From: Octopus bimaculoides
Lineage: Eukaryota
Reading direction: 5' to 3'
NCBI RefSeq assembly: GCF_001194135.2
Contig: NC_068985.1
Location: forward strand, 84,145,067 to 84,209,066
DNA length: 64,000 nucleotides
The translations under genes were made by a program, and so were the position numbers. Positions within the stretch are counted from its first letter, which is position 1. Every line of letters starts with the position of its first letter. Positions 1 through 13,309 of this stretch are shown in pieces. Under the pieces are notes generated by a model, which had not been told where the DNA came from, did not search any database, and worked only from the letters and a program-made list of their open reading frames with translations.

Positions 1-370
1 TAGTTAAAAGAGCAATCACTATCTTTTGGCAATAAAGGGTTTCTCTCTTTAAATGAAGGGCAGGTCATATGATGCTTGTGTATGAAGTGCAATGTTACAT
101 GCTATTAGGACATAGGCATTCAGCATGGATCATTTGTGAAAGCTGGCAAAAATGAGGTGTACATAAGCTATTGTATGTGGAATGTTGGCATGCATGAATG
201 GTAGAGTGCAAGTATACTGAGAAATCTGAGAGATTAAAAACTAGACACTATACATATATGTAGTAGCATGCAAGTCTGAAAACTGTAGTGTTATGAACAT
301 ATTAGTGATGAATATAGTGGATGACAGTTTGATGAAAAGATTGAATTAAAGGGAGCTAACAGAAGGTTAC
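1..370 (+). mobile_element. Decayed RTE-type LINE ORF2 C-terminal remnant
   Basis: The frame from 29 reads AIKGFSL*MKGRSYDACV*SAMLHAIRT*A, resembling the RTE motif KGLSLRVKGRLYDACVRxAMLHGSETWA as I recall it. Multiple stops are present. Confidence 0.7.
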
Positions 371-654
371 ATTATTCGATTACATTATTCGATATGCTAT
401 TCTCTTCTGTAAGATAGTAAAGGTGCAATTTGAGAGAATGGATTTGGCCACACTTTCTGGCAAGTTGAGCAACTGCATGGAAGCATCTCTCATTGCCAAA
501 GATTAATGATTTGATGGTTATATACCTGTGCATTTGATGACCACTGTTAGAAGAAAGATTGAGTATCTTAATCATGGCACCTGTGCTATTGAATTTATCT
601 CTTTAGAAAATCCTCTCTCTCTCTCTCTCTCACTTTCACACCAGCATCATATGT

Positions 655-955
655 TTGTGTGTCTGCGTTTGTCCCCCTCCCCAACATCGCTTGACAACCG
701 ATGCTGGTGTGTTTATGTCCCCATAACTTAGCAGTTCAGCAAAAAAGACCGATAGAATAAGTACTAGGCTTACAAAGAATAAGTCCTGGGGTCGATTAGC
801 TCAACTAAAAAGGCGGTGCTCCAGCATGGCCACAGTCAAATGACTGAAACCAGTAAAAGAGTAAAGAGAATAAGTACTAGGCTTACAAAGAATAAGTTCT
901 GAGGTCAATTTGTTTGACTAAAGGTGGTGCTCCAAAATAAGTAAAAGAGTAAAGC
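655..955 (+). mobile_element. SINE family A, 3' half with local duplication of the tail segment
   Basis: Matches the 3' half of the intact copies at 23678 and 53705. The gaataagtactaggcttacaaagaataag...ggtgctcca block occurs twice. Confidence 0.85.
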
Positions 956-1346
956 AGAGTTCTTTTTTTTAAACATCGACTGGCTATAGGCATCCAATAG
1001 AATAAAATAGGGATCAAAAGGACCCATGGGTGGAAAATGATTGGGAATCTGTGAGTTTACCACTTTTACATTAATTAAATGTGAAGGTATTTCAGTTGAT
1101 TGAACCACTAAATACTGATCATTGACTCTGACAGAGGTTCATTTACTTCATACTGTGTGAATATTTGTTATATTGATGCAACACATATTCCTGGGATCAT
1201 GTCAGTGACCAGGTTGCAGTTGGTGCACTGGAAACTTTGACACCAAATAATAAATGTTTAAGTGAAATTAACAGTTTATGTCTGCTTTTGTTTTTCCATT
1301 TTTCAATGACTAGTATGTGTCTTCTATGCTGGAAATGCTCTGTGTG

Positions 1347-1380
<34 letters not shown>

Positions 1381-1557
1381 TGTGTCTATTTACGGATGAA
1401 ATCACCAAGTTGTAAATGGCTAGCCTTGCGACTAACTGAAATTCTGTTCAAGGGGAATGTTGGTCTGCCAACCTAGCAGCATCATTCAAAAGCTACAATT
1501 CTGGGAAGTGCATTGTGACCAGCAGTGTATGACAATATCCAATTGTCTGGCCAATAT

Positions 1558-1608
<51 letters not shown>

Positions 1609-1720
1609 TGTATGTATGTGTGTGTGTGTGTGTTTGTGTTTCCATTGAAACTGATACTGAAAGTTTGTCTTGCATTTCACCACTCCTCTCTCATTCATCT
1701 GACATAAATCAACATATGTA

Positions 1721-1722
<2 letters not shown>

Positions 1723-1785
<63 letters not shown>
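1723..1785. repeat. (CA)n microsatellite; (TG)n at ~1349-1380 and (TA)n at ~1562-1605 nearby
   Basis: Read directly from the sequence. Confidence 0.97.
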
Positions 1786-1788
<3 letters not shown>

Positions 1789-3042
1789 CAGTTGATAAAT
1801 CACTTCGATGCTGACTCATCAAAATATTTGTAATAAATATGAACTCTACACCAGGTACTGAGTACCTTTTCTGTACCAAAATATAAAACATTATCAATAT
1901 TTTTATAGCTAAAATATACATATATAGTCTGTTAATATACAGGATTATATTTAGGAAATTTGAAGATGTATCTGACATCCACAAATAAACACACATTCAT
2001 ATGTGTACATATTATTATTGCACGTATGCATGCACATATTTTGCATATAAGACATTCACATTTATAACCCTAAGGGTGAACACCTATTATATTATTTTAT
2101 TTGTGTATATTTTAGACATTCACATTATGCATGAAAGCCACTAGGTACTAAAATATCAGAGAACCTACACACAAGGAGAAAATGAGAGAAATTAATACAT
2201 AGATAGATATAATTAGAGAGAAAGAACGACAGCGGGGAAGGGAGCATAGTATAGAAAGGTTTTCTCTTTTGTAACTAAAATATAAAATAATTTATTCAAT
2301 TTTTTCCTTCATTAGTTTATATTTCTCTTCAGATATTTCTATAAAACAATTCACTGGTTTTAAAAGAAAATTTGAAATATTTTATTTTTGTTTTTAAGTA
2401 TTTTATAGAAATTAACCTGCAGAATGCAAACTGCCAATGAATTCTCTGTACTTTGCATAATAGTTATTCTGTCAATGTTGATAAAGCCTGTAGCAGCAGC
2501 ATGACTGCCAACAAGTCTGTCCACTTGCATATAAAGTATAATCTACCATACTGACCATAAATATGCACCAATAGTATTGTTGCTTTTTTTATTTTCTATA
2601 TTTTGTTTTCCAAATTGATAACATTTTACAGGGTAAAAATTAGTCTAAAAACATGGTGGAGGTGGAGAATTACCAATATAATTGAAGCAAAAAATAAATA
2701 AATAAATAAATAAATAACAATCATAAACATTAGCAGAAAATAAATAGTTAAAAAAAAATTCTAAAAATTCTAAATGGAAATAAAATTGCTTGATGCAAAA
2801 CAAAATTATGTTTTTGTTTTTGTTTTGTGGTGGAAGAGAATGTTATCACTAGATTTGTATTGATTCTAGGTTATGTTGCAGCTAGAGAAAACGAACATAC
2901 TTGTAATTCAGATTACGAGAATTGTGTAATTTCTTTTTATTCATACTTTAAGAAAGAAAGTGGAAAAAAATTAATAAAGAGATTTTTTTTTTTCTTTAGA
3001 AAATGTTATTACTATTTTGTCTTTGGTCAAAGAACAGTAAAT

Positions 3043-3092
3043 TTACAGGACATCGTTTCCAATGATGACATTGTACTTCCTGATGGGGTGCT
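3043..3092 (-). CDS. Candidate short (possibly terminal) exon, (E)HPIRKYNVIIGNDVL*
   Basis: Minus-strand branch CTAAC plus acceptor gtgttttaacag. All three frames are open; the phase-1 frame ends in TAA. No recognised homology. Confidence 0.25.
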
Positions 3093-3240
3093 CTGTTAAA
3101 ACACATGTTGTTAGTCAAATGAATACATATGTATGCATGCATATCATCATCATCCTGTAACACCCGTTTGTACTTGGGAATATGCACACACGCACACATT
3201 TATATAATACTCATGATCATTGTATGAATAGATATATACA

Positions 3241-3577
3241 ATAAACAAGGGTACAAATTAGTACTGGCACTGCTTGAAATAAGAGTCAAAAGCAACTTGA
3301 AGCACTAACCGCATAAGTTGACAAAAGGCGAGGGAGCAAGTAACAGCAAGATCCTCTGATAAGAACTAAGATTATAGTTATCAGAGTTCGAAATCACATG
3401 ATAAGGATATATCTTTTTATATACTTCCTTTTGTGAGTTTATCTCACCATAGAAAGGTGATTTAGCTCACTCCCTTGCGTTTCATCACCTCATGAGGTTA
3501 GTGCTTTGTGTGGCTATTTGAACCGTTTTTGACTCTTATTTCTAGCAATGTCAATACTAATTTGTATCCTTGTTTAT
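3241..3577. mobile_element. Fold-back element (51-bp inverted arms), Penelope-like end sequence
   Basis: 3241-3291 and 3527-3577 are inverted copies (46/51 identical). They enclose a hammerhead-like motif. Confidence 0.7.
3351..3408 (+). ncRNA. Type I hammerhead-ribozyme-like motif (G8A core variant)
   Basis: Stem I ATCCT/AGGAT, core CTGATAA, stem II GAACT/AGTTC, GAAA, stem III ATCA/TGAT, AUA triplet. Confidence 0.6.
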
Positions 3578-3767
3578 TAACTTGCCTTCAGGTTTGAATT
3601 GCTAATGGGCCACCTATATTGTAATAATATATTTAATATATTATAGTATCTTATTTTATGTATACTATGTGTGTATGTATGTGTGTGTGTGTATTTGAAT
3701 GAGGAACAATTTTTTTAAGGTTTATCATTCAAGGTGTTTTAATGTCAAAATTATTTAATGCAAAGCT

Positions 3768-3930
3768 AAATACGTGTGGTTGTGTAGTAAGAAGCTTCCT
3801 TCCCAATCACAAGGTTCCAGGTTTAGTCACACTACATGGCACCTTTGATAAATCTCTTCTACTATAGCCCTGGGCTGACCAAAACCTTGTGAGTGAATTC
3901 AGTAGACAGAAACTGAAAGAAGTCTATTAA
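3768..3930 (+). mobile_element. SINE family A, 5' half (degenerate)
   Basis: tRNA-like head plus tcttctactatagcc...gaaactgaaagaag core. Confidence 0.8.
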
Positions 3931-4246
3931 TTGTGTGTGTGTGTGTGTATACACATGTATGTGTGTGTGTGTGTCTTAATGTATATAGACGGCTCAGCAG
4001 ACTCCCTGGCAGATGCATATCCCTCTTCAAACTGGAGGTAGAAGACCGTTACCGCCAGTCAATATGTAAACAAATGAGACATAAAATAATAATAGTGGCT
4101 AGATGTAATATGAAACCAAAAAGGAAGAATTCAATTGTCATTAATAGTGACTGAGGATGCATTGTAGCACTTACATTGTTAGAAATAAGAATGAAAGGCC
4201 CTTATAGTCACAAACATAGCACAAGTTTATGTATATATATATCTAT

Positions 4247-4810
4247 ATATATATAGTTGAAATTTACAGAAAAACAAAAGACAATAACAGGTGTATAAAC
4301 AACAAACAGGTGTATTAGTTTAATGCTTGGAAAGGTGAGAAAGTCTTTTACATTTTGAGACTATGCTCTTCAACAGAAAGGAACATGAGGAAACACAGAG
4401 AGAATAAAAAAAGCTTTTGGAGCTAGCGGTTAATTATAGCAGCTGCCTGGACAGAGGTAATTAGACAGGAGAGTTAGGAAGAAAGGGAGATAATAAAGTA
4501 TTGGTGATCCCAAAACGAAGGTGCACTTGTGTGTGTATGTGAGAGTAAGTGTGTGCGTGTGGATAGAGGATGGTGACTTTGACATGTGAATGTGTGCATA
4601 TGTATGCATGTCTGTAATGTGTGGGTGTGTGGATGATGGTGTGGGTGCTGGGAAGTGGTCAGTGCTAGTGTGTGCAGGGTGGTGTGATGTGGTGTGGTGG
4701 TATGTGGTGTGGCATGACAGTGTTGGGGTGTGGAGATGCGAGGGTGGAGTGTGGGTTTAGGGTGAGGGGGTACGGGTAGGGGGATGTGTGGGGTGGGGTG
4801 TTGTTAGGGT
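4247..4810. mobile_element. Penelope-like terminal repeat plus G/T-rich internal region
   Basis: 4247-4400 closely matches 31735-31880. It carries a minus-strand hammerhead-like motif and is followed by GT/G-rich sequence. Confidence 0.55.
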
Positions 4811-4984
4811 AAATCTCAGCTGTTACCATTTGAAACACATCTGCTTATTCTATTATTACATTTCAGATATTATTCAGTTTCTCAGTCTGAAGAATACCTA
4901 ATAGGAAATTCCTTACATGCCTATCTAACTTGTAAAACTTCTTCATGTTTTCATTGGTTGGATGGCTCTTTGGCAACACAGCCT

Positions 4985-5235
4985 CTTAGCATCTTGTTAT
5001 CTGTTGCATTCTTTTGTCATCTGATGTGTGAGATTCAACATCCTTGAAATAAACTTTTACCATTTCTTCTTGTTTCCTTCTCTTCCATATTTTCTTGCCA
5101 CTTGAATATCCTTGCTCCTCTTTAGTCATCTGTTTATCTTCCTTAAGCATCATATGCCTGTACCGACGCACTCTGTTCTTGCACACTACAACAGGATCCC
5201 TCTTGCACTTGGGTTATCTTATTAGTATGCATATG
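4985..5235 (-). mobile_element. Decayed RTE-type LINE C-terminal remnant
   Basis: RVRRYRHMMLKED resembles the RTE motif RLRWYGHVMRxxE. Confidence 0.5.
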
Positions 5236-5392
5236 TGTTGTTACCTGTCGTGCAGGTGTATTGATGTAAAAGCTGTGAGTTACGGCATTTTCAGGTATTA
5301 ACCTGTCACTTGTTTAAATGCTGCTGAGAACAGGCTGAGAAATATTTTCTGTTTTCATCTTAATCATCCAATAAAAAATAAATAAATAAATA

Positions 5393-5770
5393 GGTGCAGG
5401 AGTAGTTGTGTGGTAAGAAGCTTCCAGGTTCAGTCCCAGTGCATGGTACCTTGGGTAAATGTCTTCTACTATAGCCTCAGGCTGACCAAAGCCATGTGAC
5501 AGGGCTTGATAGACAGAAACTGAAAGAAGCCTGTGGTATGTATATATGAGTATGTGTGTTTGTTCCCACCCCATCACCACTTGACAACAGGTGTTGGTGT
5601 GTTTATGTCCCCGTAACCCAGCAGTTCAGCAAAAGAGACTGATAGAATAAATACCAGGCTTAAAAAATAAGTACTGGGGTCAATTCATTCTACTAAAATT
5701 TCACGGTGGTGCTCCAGCATGGCCGCAACCTAAAGATTGAAGTCGGTAAAAGATAAAAGATAAATAAATA
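5393..5770 (+). mobile_element. SINE family A, near full length with internal deletion
   Basis: Head, core, microsatellite spacer and ...aagataaaagata tail are present. Confidence 0.85.
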
Positions 5771-6579
5771 AAAGAAAATAACGTGATTACTAAATCTGCC
5801 AAACATAACAGCTTAAATTCCTTCATATTACACCTTTACATTCGAAATAATGAAGAACATGTTGAGAGATATAGTCTTTATTTAAACAAAAATATGTGAT
5901 GGTCATGATTGGAATATACCTTTGATTACATATTATATTTCTGCTCAATCAGAACTGACCCAGGGACTAAACAACAATAATTATAGCATAACGTCAAGCT
6001 AAACAGTTGAAATAAAACAAGGAATAAAATGTATCATACTCTTGATTTACTTCATGGCTGAGTTTGAGGAAAATTATTCAGGTGTGAAAAACCTTTTACT
6101 TGAGTTGTTCATACGAATGTACGTACTTGAAGAATCATCCATGGGAAAACATTGATGTAATGACATTAAGCATTGCAATAAATAATTAATAAATTAAATA
6201 TATTTGAAAGAAAATTGAACATATTGTGAAAATGAGAATTCATATATTCATATGTGTACTTTCACTTTCAATGGAATGTATGTGTGTGTGTGTGTATTTT
6301 TGTGTATATTTTTGTGCGTATGTGCATTTTATTTTTATTTTTTATTATTTTACATCCATTGTTCCATAATGCTTGCATGAGTGGGATGATGTTTTATTGG
6401 AGTAAATGTTTTCACAGTTGGATGCCCTTCCTACTGCTTATGCATTCAGCTGTGAAATAGGAGTAGAACCTGCTTTTCTACCAGCCATTCAGTCAGACAG
6501 GCAAACTGGGAACATATACAGATATGTACTTTCCTTAGGAGCACGGTATTACATAAGGGCTGTGATTTAATCTGATGAC

Positions 6580-6612
<33 letters not shown>

Positions 6613-6665
6613 ACTCACACACACTCATGACTGAATTTGGTCGTTGGAAGCTCTACAGGATGTAA

Positions 6666-6707
<42 letters not shown>

Positions 6708-8529
6708 TGTCCATGTGAATAGTACATTCTGTGCTTTCAAAGGTGAGTGGAATGAAAAATCTCTTATAAGGGTTAGTGACTGGTAGAGCATGCAGTTGTG
6801 AAACAATGCCTCTATAATATGTATTCTTCTAATTCATGTTAGCATAGAAAAACAAGTATAGAATGAATGACTATTTCTCTCTCTTTTCCCCTCTTTGTGT
6901 GTATATGTGTGTGTGTGTGTGAATGGGGGGAAGAGTTGGAAAGCGCTAAGACATGCGGTACAGATATTCACCAAGCAGTGCTCAGATAAATAAAAACTTA
7001 AATTTCAACTCCTGCATCCAGGATAGGTGAATCTGGTATAAAAGTTGGCTTTGAAAACAATCTTCAGAAAGCAGGTATAAAAGTAAAAAAGGCAGATAAA
7101 CACAAGTGCACCTAGTGAATATATTTATATTGAATACAAATAAAGAAAATGAATGATATGCTACAATATTATGGACCTTTACCACATAAGAGACATGGTT
7201 ATGACACAAATTATGGTTCATCCAAAACAGCTCTCAAGATAAGACTGTTACATCATTTCTTTGTATTTTTTATTCCATGTGAATACACGCATGAAGTCTA
7301 TTTGCATTTATCTGCCTTTTGTTTTTTTTTACTTAGATTGTTGACGACATAAAAATTTATAACCTTCAAAAGAATGTGAAATAATTATTCTTTGAAACAT
7401 TGGATTTTAAAACAGATAAAGCTATAAAGAATAGCATGTAGGTACTAAGTTGAAAAGCCTTTTGGCTTGGAAAAATTAAGGGCTGTCATGTTTATAGGAG
7501 ATGAGGGCTCATGGTCTGCAGGCAGCCTTTGATTTTTTTCTATCCGAAGTGTTTTTCAACCTAGTATTTTTAATCTTTTTTTAAATTTTTCTTTTCTACT
7601 AGTCATCCAACTTCAATTAGTAACACTATGAGATTCCAGAACACCATAGTGTTTTCAAGTAGCTAAAGTGAGTTAATGACTTGCCAGTTCTATCAACTGA
7701 AAATAATCTGCTAACTTGATTGGTTGACTGAGATTGACCGTTGGCTAAAGTGGCTCTTCTGCCCAGACTGTGTCACATAGTTTCACTGAATGAAGACCGT
7801 ATGTCAAAAGAAAATTAATAATCCCAACTTCACATCCACCCATAACTTCACAGCGATCCTGGCTAGGGAATTTTTTATCATTGAGGTTAATTCTTTCTAT
7901 ATACACTATTGAATGGCTGTTGATTCTAAGAGTTTCTCCACCCTTTGATAGGTTTTGTCTTACATCCTGTAGGTTGTCCAAATCACCCAATTTATTCACC
8001 AACAACTTGACCATGTGAAAGGTCATACTGGGTTACATGTTAACAGTAGCACTCGAGAATGACTTGAGAATGACCCAGTATTTACATACTGTTATTTGTA
8101 GTTTTATCTGCTTTGAGATCTAAGGATTAAAAAAAAAGAAAGAATTTTTTATTATTTAGCAGTCCCAAATTGAGTCAAATTTGAAACAGTAAAGTAGTAC
8201 TCAGCTAATTACACATTCTCATTGGTCATGGGAAGATGTGCACTTTTTTCACTTTTTGCCTGCATCTGTAGATCAGGGCTAACAATGCATCTCAGCATCT
8301 TTGTGCAATTCTGATCATGATTATTTTATTAAGAAGAACACCAGTTGCCCATGCAAGCAAGTTTCCCCTCTGCACATCATTAATGCTTATCCAAGGGAAG
8401 GCCACCAACTGGGGCCCATACAGTTTAGCCCCATTGTTAATGCAGGCATTGCTGCCAGTGCAAAAAGACCTGGAACAGATACCAAAAGACATCTTGCTTA
8501 ACTTTCCAACTACTCTGTTAATGCACCAC

Positions 8530-8970
8530 CTCGGATTGTTACTCTTTTTTATTGATCCCTAAAAGAATGAAAGCCAAAGTAGGCCTCAACAAGATTTGAA
8601 CTCAGACTACAGAGAATCAAAACAAATATTGGAAGGCATTGTATGTAACACTTTAATGACTCTGCCGGGTTGCCACATTCTTGTACTCATATATGGCTTC
8701 ACTTTAGATACTATAGAGCTCATATAGCTGTGAAAACCCATATAAAGGGCTTTTAAGGTAGCAAGAGGGCAGAATCATTAGCATGCTGGACGGAATGCTT
8801 AGTGACATTTCTTCTGCTTCATGTTGTGAGTTCGAATTCTGCTCAGGTCGATGTTGCCTTTCATCCTTTTGGAGTTGATAAAATGAGTACCAGTTGAATG
8901 CTAGGAATCAATGTAATTGACTCATACCCTTTCCCGAAATTACTGGCTTTGTGTCAAAATTTGAAACCAA
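8530..8970. mobile_element. Two SINE family B copies (minus ~8530-8690, plus ~8765-8970)
   Basis: Shared gcctttcatcctttcggggtcgataaa...aagtaccagt core. Confidence 0.75.
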
Positions 8971-9084
8971 TATATAATGGTTTTAATCAATAGACTTTAA
9001 ACTGCTATTGGATTATATAAGAATTACCCAATAGTTAATCATTCTCTGAATTTTCTCTTTGTGGAATACTTCTACTTTTCATCA

Positions 9085-9440
9085 TCATCATCATCATCAA
9101 CATCATCGTTTAACATCTTCTTTCCATGCTGGCATGGATTGGATGGTTTGATATGGAGCTGGTTAGCAGGGTACTGTCTAGACTCCAACTGTCTGGTGTG
9201 GGGCATGGTTTTTATTGCTGGATGCCCTTCCTAATGCCAACCACTTAGCAGAGTGTGTTCGGTTCTGTATATGCGCCACTGACACAAGTGCATTTATACA
9301 GCACCAGCATGGGTGTGTTAACACAGCACCTGCCCATGTGCTCTTGAAGTGGTGCCAGCACCTGAAAGGACAAGCCTCTCTATGTATGGAAAACAATGAT
9401 TTTACTTAGCTTGATGTGTCTTATCAAGTACAGAAAATCG
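9085..9440 (-). mobile_element. Family D retroposon (LINE-3'-end-like, (GAT)n tail)
   Basis: Reverse complement of the element at 15494-15722, including gctggatgcccttcctaa...ccaaccac. Confidence 0.8.
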
Positions 9441-10759
9441 CCACATCTCCCAAAAAAATTCACAGATACTAATTGTACTCTATTAGTTAAAAGTGACCAA
9501 AAAAATACCAGCTATAGGCACCCTGTTCTTATTTTAGACATCTTTACATCATGATTTATTGAGATGTGACATGTACTTCTAGCAGGTTAATGACCTCATG
9601 GAACTCTTCTTGTTAGATTTCTATTTTTTTAGCAGATATGCAGGTAGAATAAAAAAAAAGCTAAGTATAGACTTTTAAATATCTATTTGAAGAAGGAGCA
9701 CATTGGCTAATGCAGTCCTACATATATTGGGTCTCTGCTGATCAATATATACCTTGCACCTTCATATGTATGTACAGGCCTGGGCAAACAATTTTTTGAC
9801 TAACGTTAGCAGTTTCCCAGACATACTTGTCTCTCCTCTAAATGACACCACTGTTGATCCAAAGAAAAGCCACTGACTGGGGCCAATACAACTTAGTACT
9901 GGAGTTGTCATTGGTTTTGCTCATCAGAAAGAAAACAAAAAACTTGATTGGATTCCACAAGGCATCTTGCCTAACTTTCTAACAGTTTAGCTATTTCACA
10001 GACCTCAATTGGTACATCATTCTATTGTCTCTAGAAGGATAAAAGGCAAAGTTTTCATCAGCAGGACTTGAACTCTGAACACAGTGGATCGGAACCAAAT
10101 ACCACCTAACATTGTGTTCGATATCCTAATGACTCTACCAATCCACTGCAATAAATGCAGTCCTAGATATCTGAAAAAAAAAAATAATAAAATAGAATGG
10201 TCATAACTAGAATGCTTTTGATCAAAGGTGTGTTTATGAAGGGCTGGTTTTGTGCTAAAAGAACAACAATTTTATGACTCTTAAAATAAATTAAAAAAAA
10301 CTCTAAGTATTCGTAAGATAATAACAGTTGCAAATTTTGGTGTAGAACTCAATCAAAGTTTATGTTCTTGACTGTATGTCACCATTGAACATTCAATGAA
10401 TTCACTCCCATGCCATCAAGTGGCTGTGGGAATACATTTAGAAAATATTCTATAGAGTTATTGACAGTATTGTAAGACAATATTTTATGTTAACAATCAC
10501 TGTTAAGAGTAACAATTTCCAGTGAAGAAGAATAAATTGGAAACTAGTGGATATGGAGATGGTGTTATTGTCAGAAGGAAAACAAAAAAGAAATGAGATT
10601 TTTTTTTCATTTCCCAAAGAGAAAAAAAAATTTAAATAAACATATGGAATAACACCATAAACAACAATGAAATCAAATTGGAAAACAAAGATGCTGTCCT
10701 CCTGTGATAATTTTAATATTTCACCTTGATACAATCATTTCCTTCAAGTTTTGATGATG

Positions 10760-10792
<33 letters not shown>

Positions 10793-11383
10793 TTGTTGTT
10801 TTTTAATATTATTTTTTTTCTCTCTCTTGTGCACTTCCCACACACAATTTGATATTTCTTCCTATTCTTTTCATTTAAAGAGAAAAAAAAATTTTAAAGA
10901 TTACCATTGAAGCTACTACTAGCCAACTATATTCACACACACCCATTTCTTCTCATACAACCTCTGCCACTTTGAATGCTTTCTACATGTTAAAATTACT
11001 TCTTCCAACCCTCCACCCTCAATGCCACCACCACCACCACCACCATCACCACCATCACCCTTTGTTTCAAAACAAAAAAAAAAGAAATATAATATAATAT
11101 TACACAACTGCTACTACAACTATTACCAATATCAATATCTCTACTTGTGTGGCTATCATTTCTAGCCATGTACTACTTCAGTAGTCATCTTAATCATTAT
11201 CGTAATCATCATCATCATCATCAGTAACAACAGTATCTCCTCTTTACCAGCGCAGAACAATCATCTACTGCTACCAGCATCATCATCATCATTAGTATCA
11301 TCACCATCACCAAAAATATCACTTCAATGACATAATGATTTCTTAGAAGTATCAACACATTTGTTATCAATAAAATCACACTG

Positions 11384-11465
11384 CACCACCACCACCACCA
11401 CCACCACCACCACCACCACCACCACCACCACCACCACCACCACTACCACCACCGCCACCACCACC
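11384..11465. repeat. (CCA)n microsatellite
   Basis: Read directly from the sequence. Confidence 0.95.
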
Positions 11466-11802
11466 AATTCCATCACTACCATCACCTTTAGTATAATTAA
11501 TTATTAAAGCTGTCAATGAAACTACCACCTAAAACTACCACCATCTCCATCACTGACTACCCGTAGCCATGTTACTCTCCACTTCTTCAACACTGTGGAC
11601 CTTGACCCCTCTCTTATAACTTATATGACTTGAGATAACTTCTATGAATTTCTAGCTCTTATGTCTTTTAATTTTTACCTTTTACTTGTATTAGTCACTG
11701 GACTGTGGCCATGCTGGGGCACTGCCTTGAAGGGTTTAGTCAGACAAATCAACAGTGCTTATTTTTCAGTTCTATATTTAAGAGATGAGGAATTATGTAC
11801 AT

Positions 11803-11937
11803 TATTTACATTATTTACATTCGACGGATATTTGTCCTCATCTTGTTTGTTGTTAACACAACGTTTCAGCGTAGTGGTTAAGAGCGCTGGCTACCAACCC
11901 CAAGATTCTGAGTTCCATTCCAAGCAGTGACCTAAAC

Positions 11938-11968
<31 letters not shown>

Positions 11969-12080
11969 TTGAAAAATACCTTATGAATGAGAACCCAGGT
12001 TCGAAATTTCCCCCAACCAAAACGTGTTAACAACAAACAAGATGAGGACAAATATCCATTGAATGTAAATAATGTAAATA
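11803..12080. mobile_element. Fold-back element with 57-bp inverted arms enclosing a tRNA-like head and an (AAT)n tract
   Basis: 11803-11859 and 12023-12080 are nearly identical inverted copies. The interior has tagtggttaag (A box-like) and gagttccattcc (B box-like). Confidence 0.75.
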
Positions 12081-12109
12081 AAGTGTTTATTTTTGTTTTT
12101 AAGTTTTGT

Positions 12110-12495
12110 TACTTTTTACTTGTGTCAGTCATTAGACTGCAGCCATGCTGGGGGCACCACCTTGAAGAACTTTTAGTTGAATGAATCGACCCCAGCACTT
12201 TTTATTTTAAGCTTGGTACTTATTCTATAAGTCTCTCTTGCTGAACCACTAAGTCACGGGGACATAAACACACTAACACCAGTTGTGAAGCGGTGGGGAG
12301 TGACAAACACAGATACAAAGACACACACACAAACATATATATACGACAGGCTTCTTTCAGTTTCTGTCTACCAAAGCCACTCACAAGGCTTTGGTTGGCC
12401 CTAGCCTATAGTAAAGGACACTTGCCCAAGATGCCATGCAGTGAGACTGAGCCTAGAACTATGTGGCTGGGAAGCAAGCTTCTTACCACACACCC
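12110..12495 (-). mobile_element. SINE family A, full length
   Basis: Reverse complement of family A from tail to head. Confidence 0.85.
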
Positions 12496-12891
12496 ATGCA
12501 TATATTTTCTATCAGGATTTTTTGCCAAACCACTAAGCTAAGGGGATGTAAACAAATCAAAATGCTTATCAAATGTCAATGGTTGTCTCTCCATTATTTC
12601 TTTTTATCACAGGTTTTGTTGGAACTCCTGGAGTCATGCATAGCGGGCTTGTGCCTGCAGCCTATGATACCATGTTGCTTGTTCCTTTCAATTATCTAAT
12701 ACTTTACGGATTATTCTCTCCTTTATTATTATTGATATTATTATTATAGACATCACACAGTATACAATATCGTGAGGTTATTGATTAAAGATATTGTGTC
12801 TACCAGGGGTTTGTACTGTTTGTCAAGACACAGCAAGGACCTGAGACAGACATTACTTTATGCAATATGCGTGCAGTTCCAAGCAATGCCA

Positions 12892-12953
<62 letters not shown>
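12892..12953. repeat. (ATT)n microsatellite
   Basis: Read directly from the sequence. Confidence 0.95.
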
Positions 12954-13086
12954 CCTCTTCTTTCAATTCTGTTTCCATTTCTTGCCGAGTGTCTTTCCAA
13001 CACCTAGGGCAAATCAACACACTGTATACATTGGTAGGCCATTAAAATAAAGATACCAGATTGTTCATTTAATTATTATCATTAAG

Positions 13087-13309
13087 ACAGCGAGCTGGCA
13101 GAATCATTAGCACACCATGCAAAATGCTTAGTTCAAATTCCACTGAAGTCGACTTTGCCTTTCATCCTTCTGGGGGATGGGGGGGGGGTCAGTAAATTAA
13201 GTACTAGTGAAACACTGGGGTTGATGTAATTGACTAGTCTCCTCTCACCAAATTTCAGGCCTTGTGCCTTTAGTGGAAAGGATTATTATTATCATCGTCA
13301 TTATCATCA

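Noticed and set aside
7745-8026. 93-aa minus-strand ORF with protein-like composition
   Set aside because: There is no recognisable motif or convincing splice sites, and the length is within chance expectation.
11868-11935. Possible tRNA genes here and at SINE heads
   Set aside because: There are only degenerate A/B boxes and no closed acceptor stem, so they are treated as SINE-type heads.
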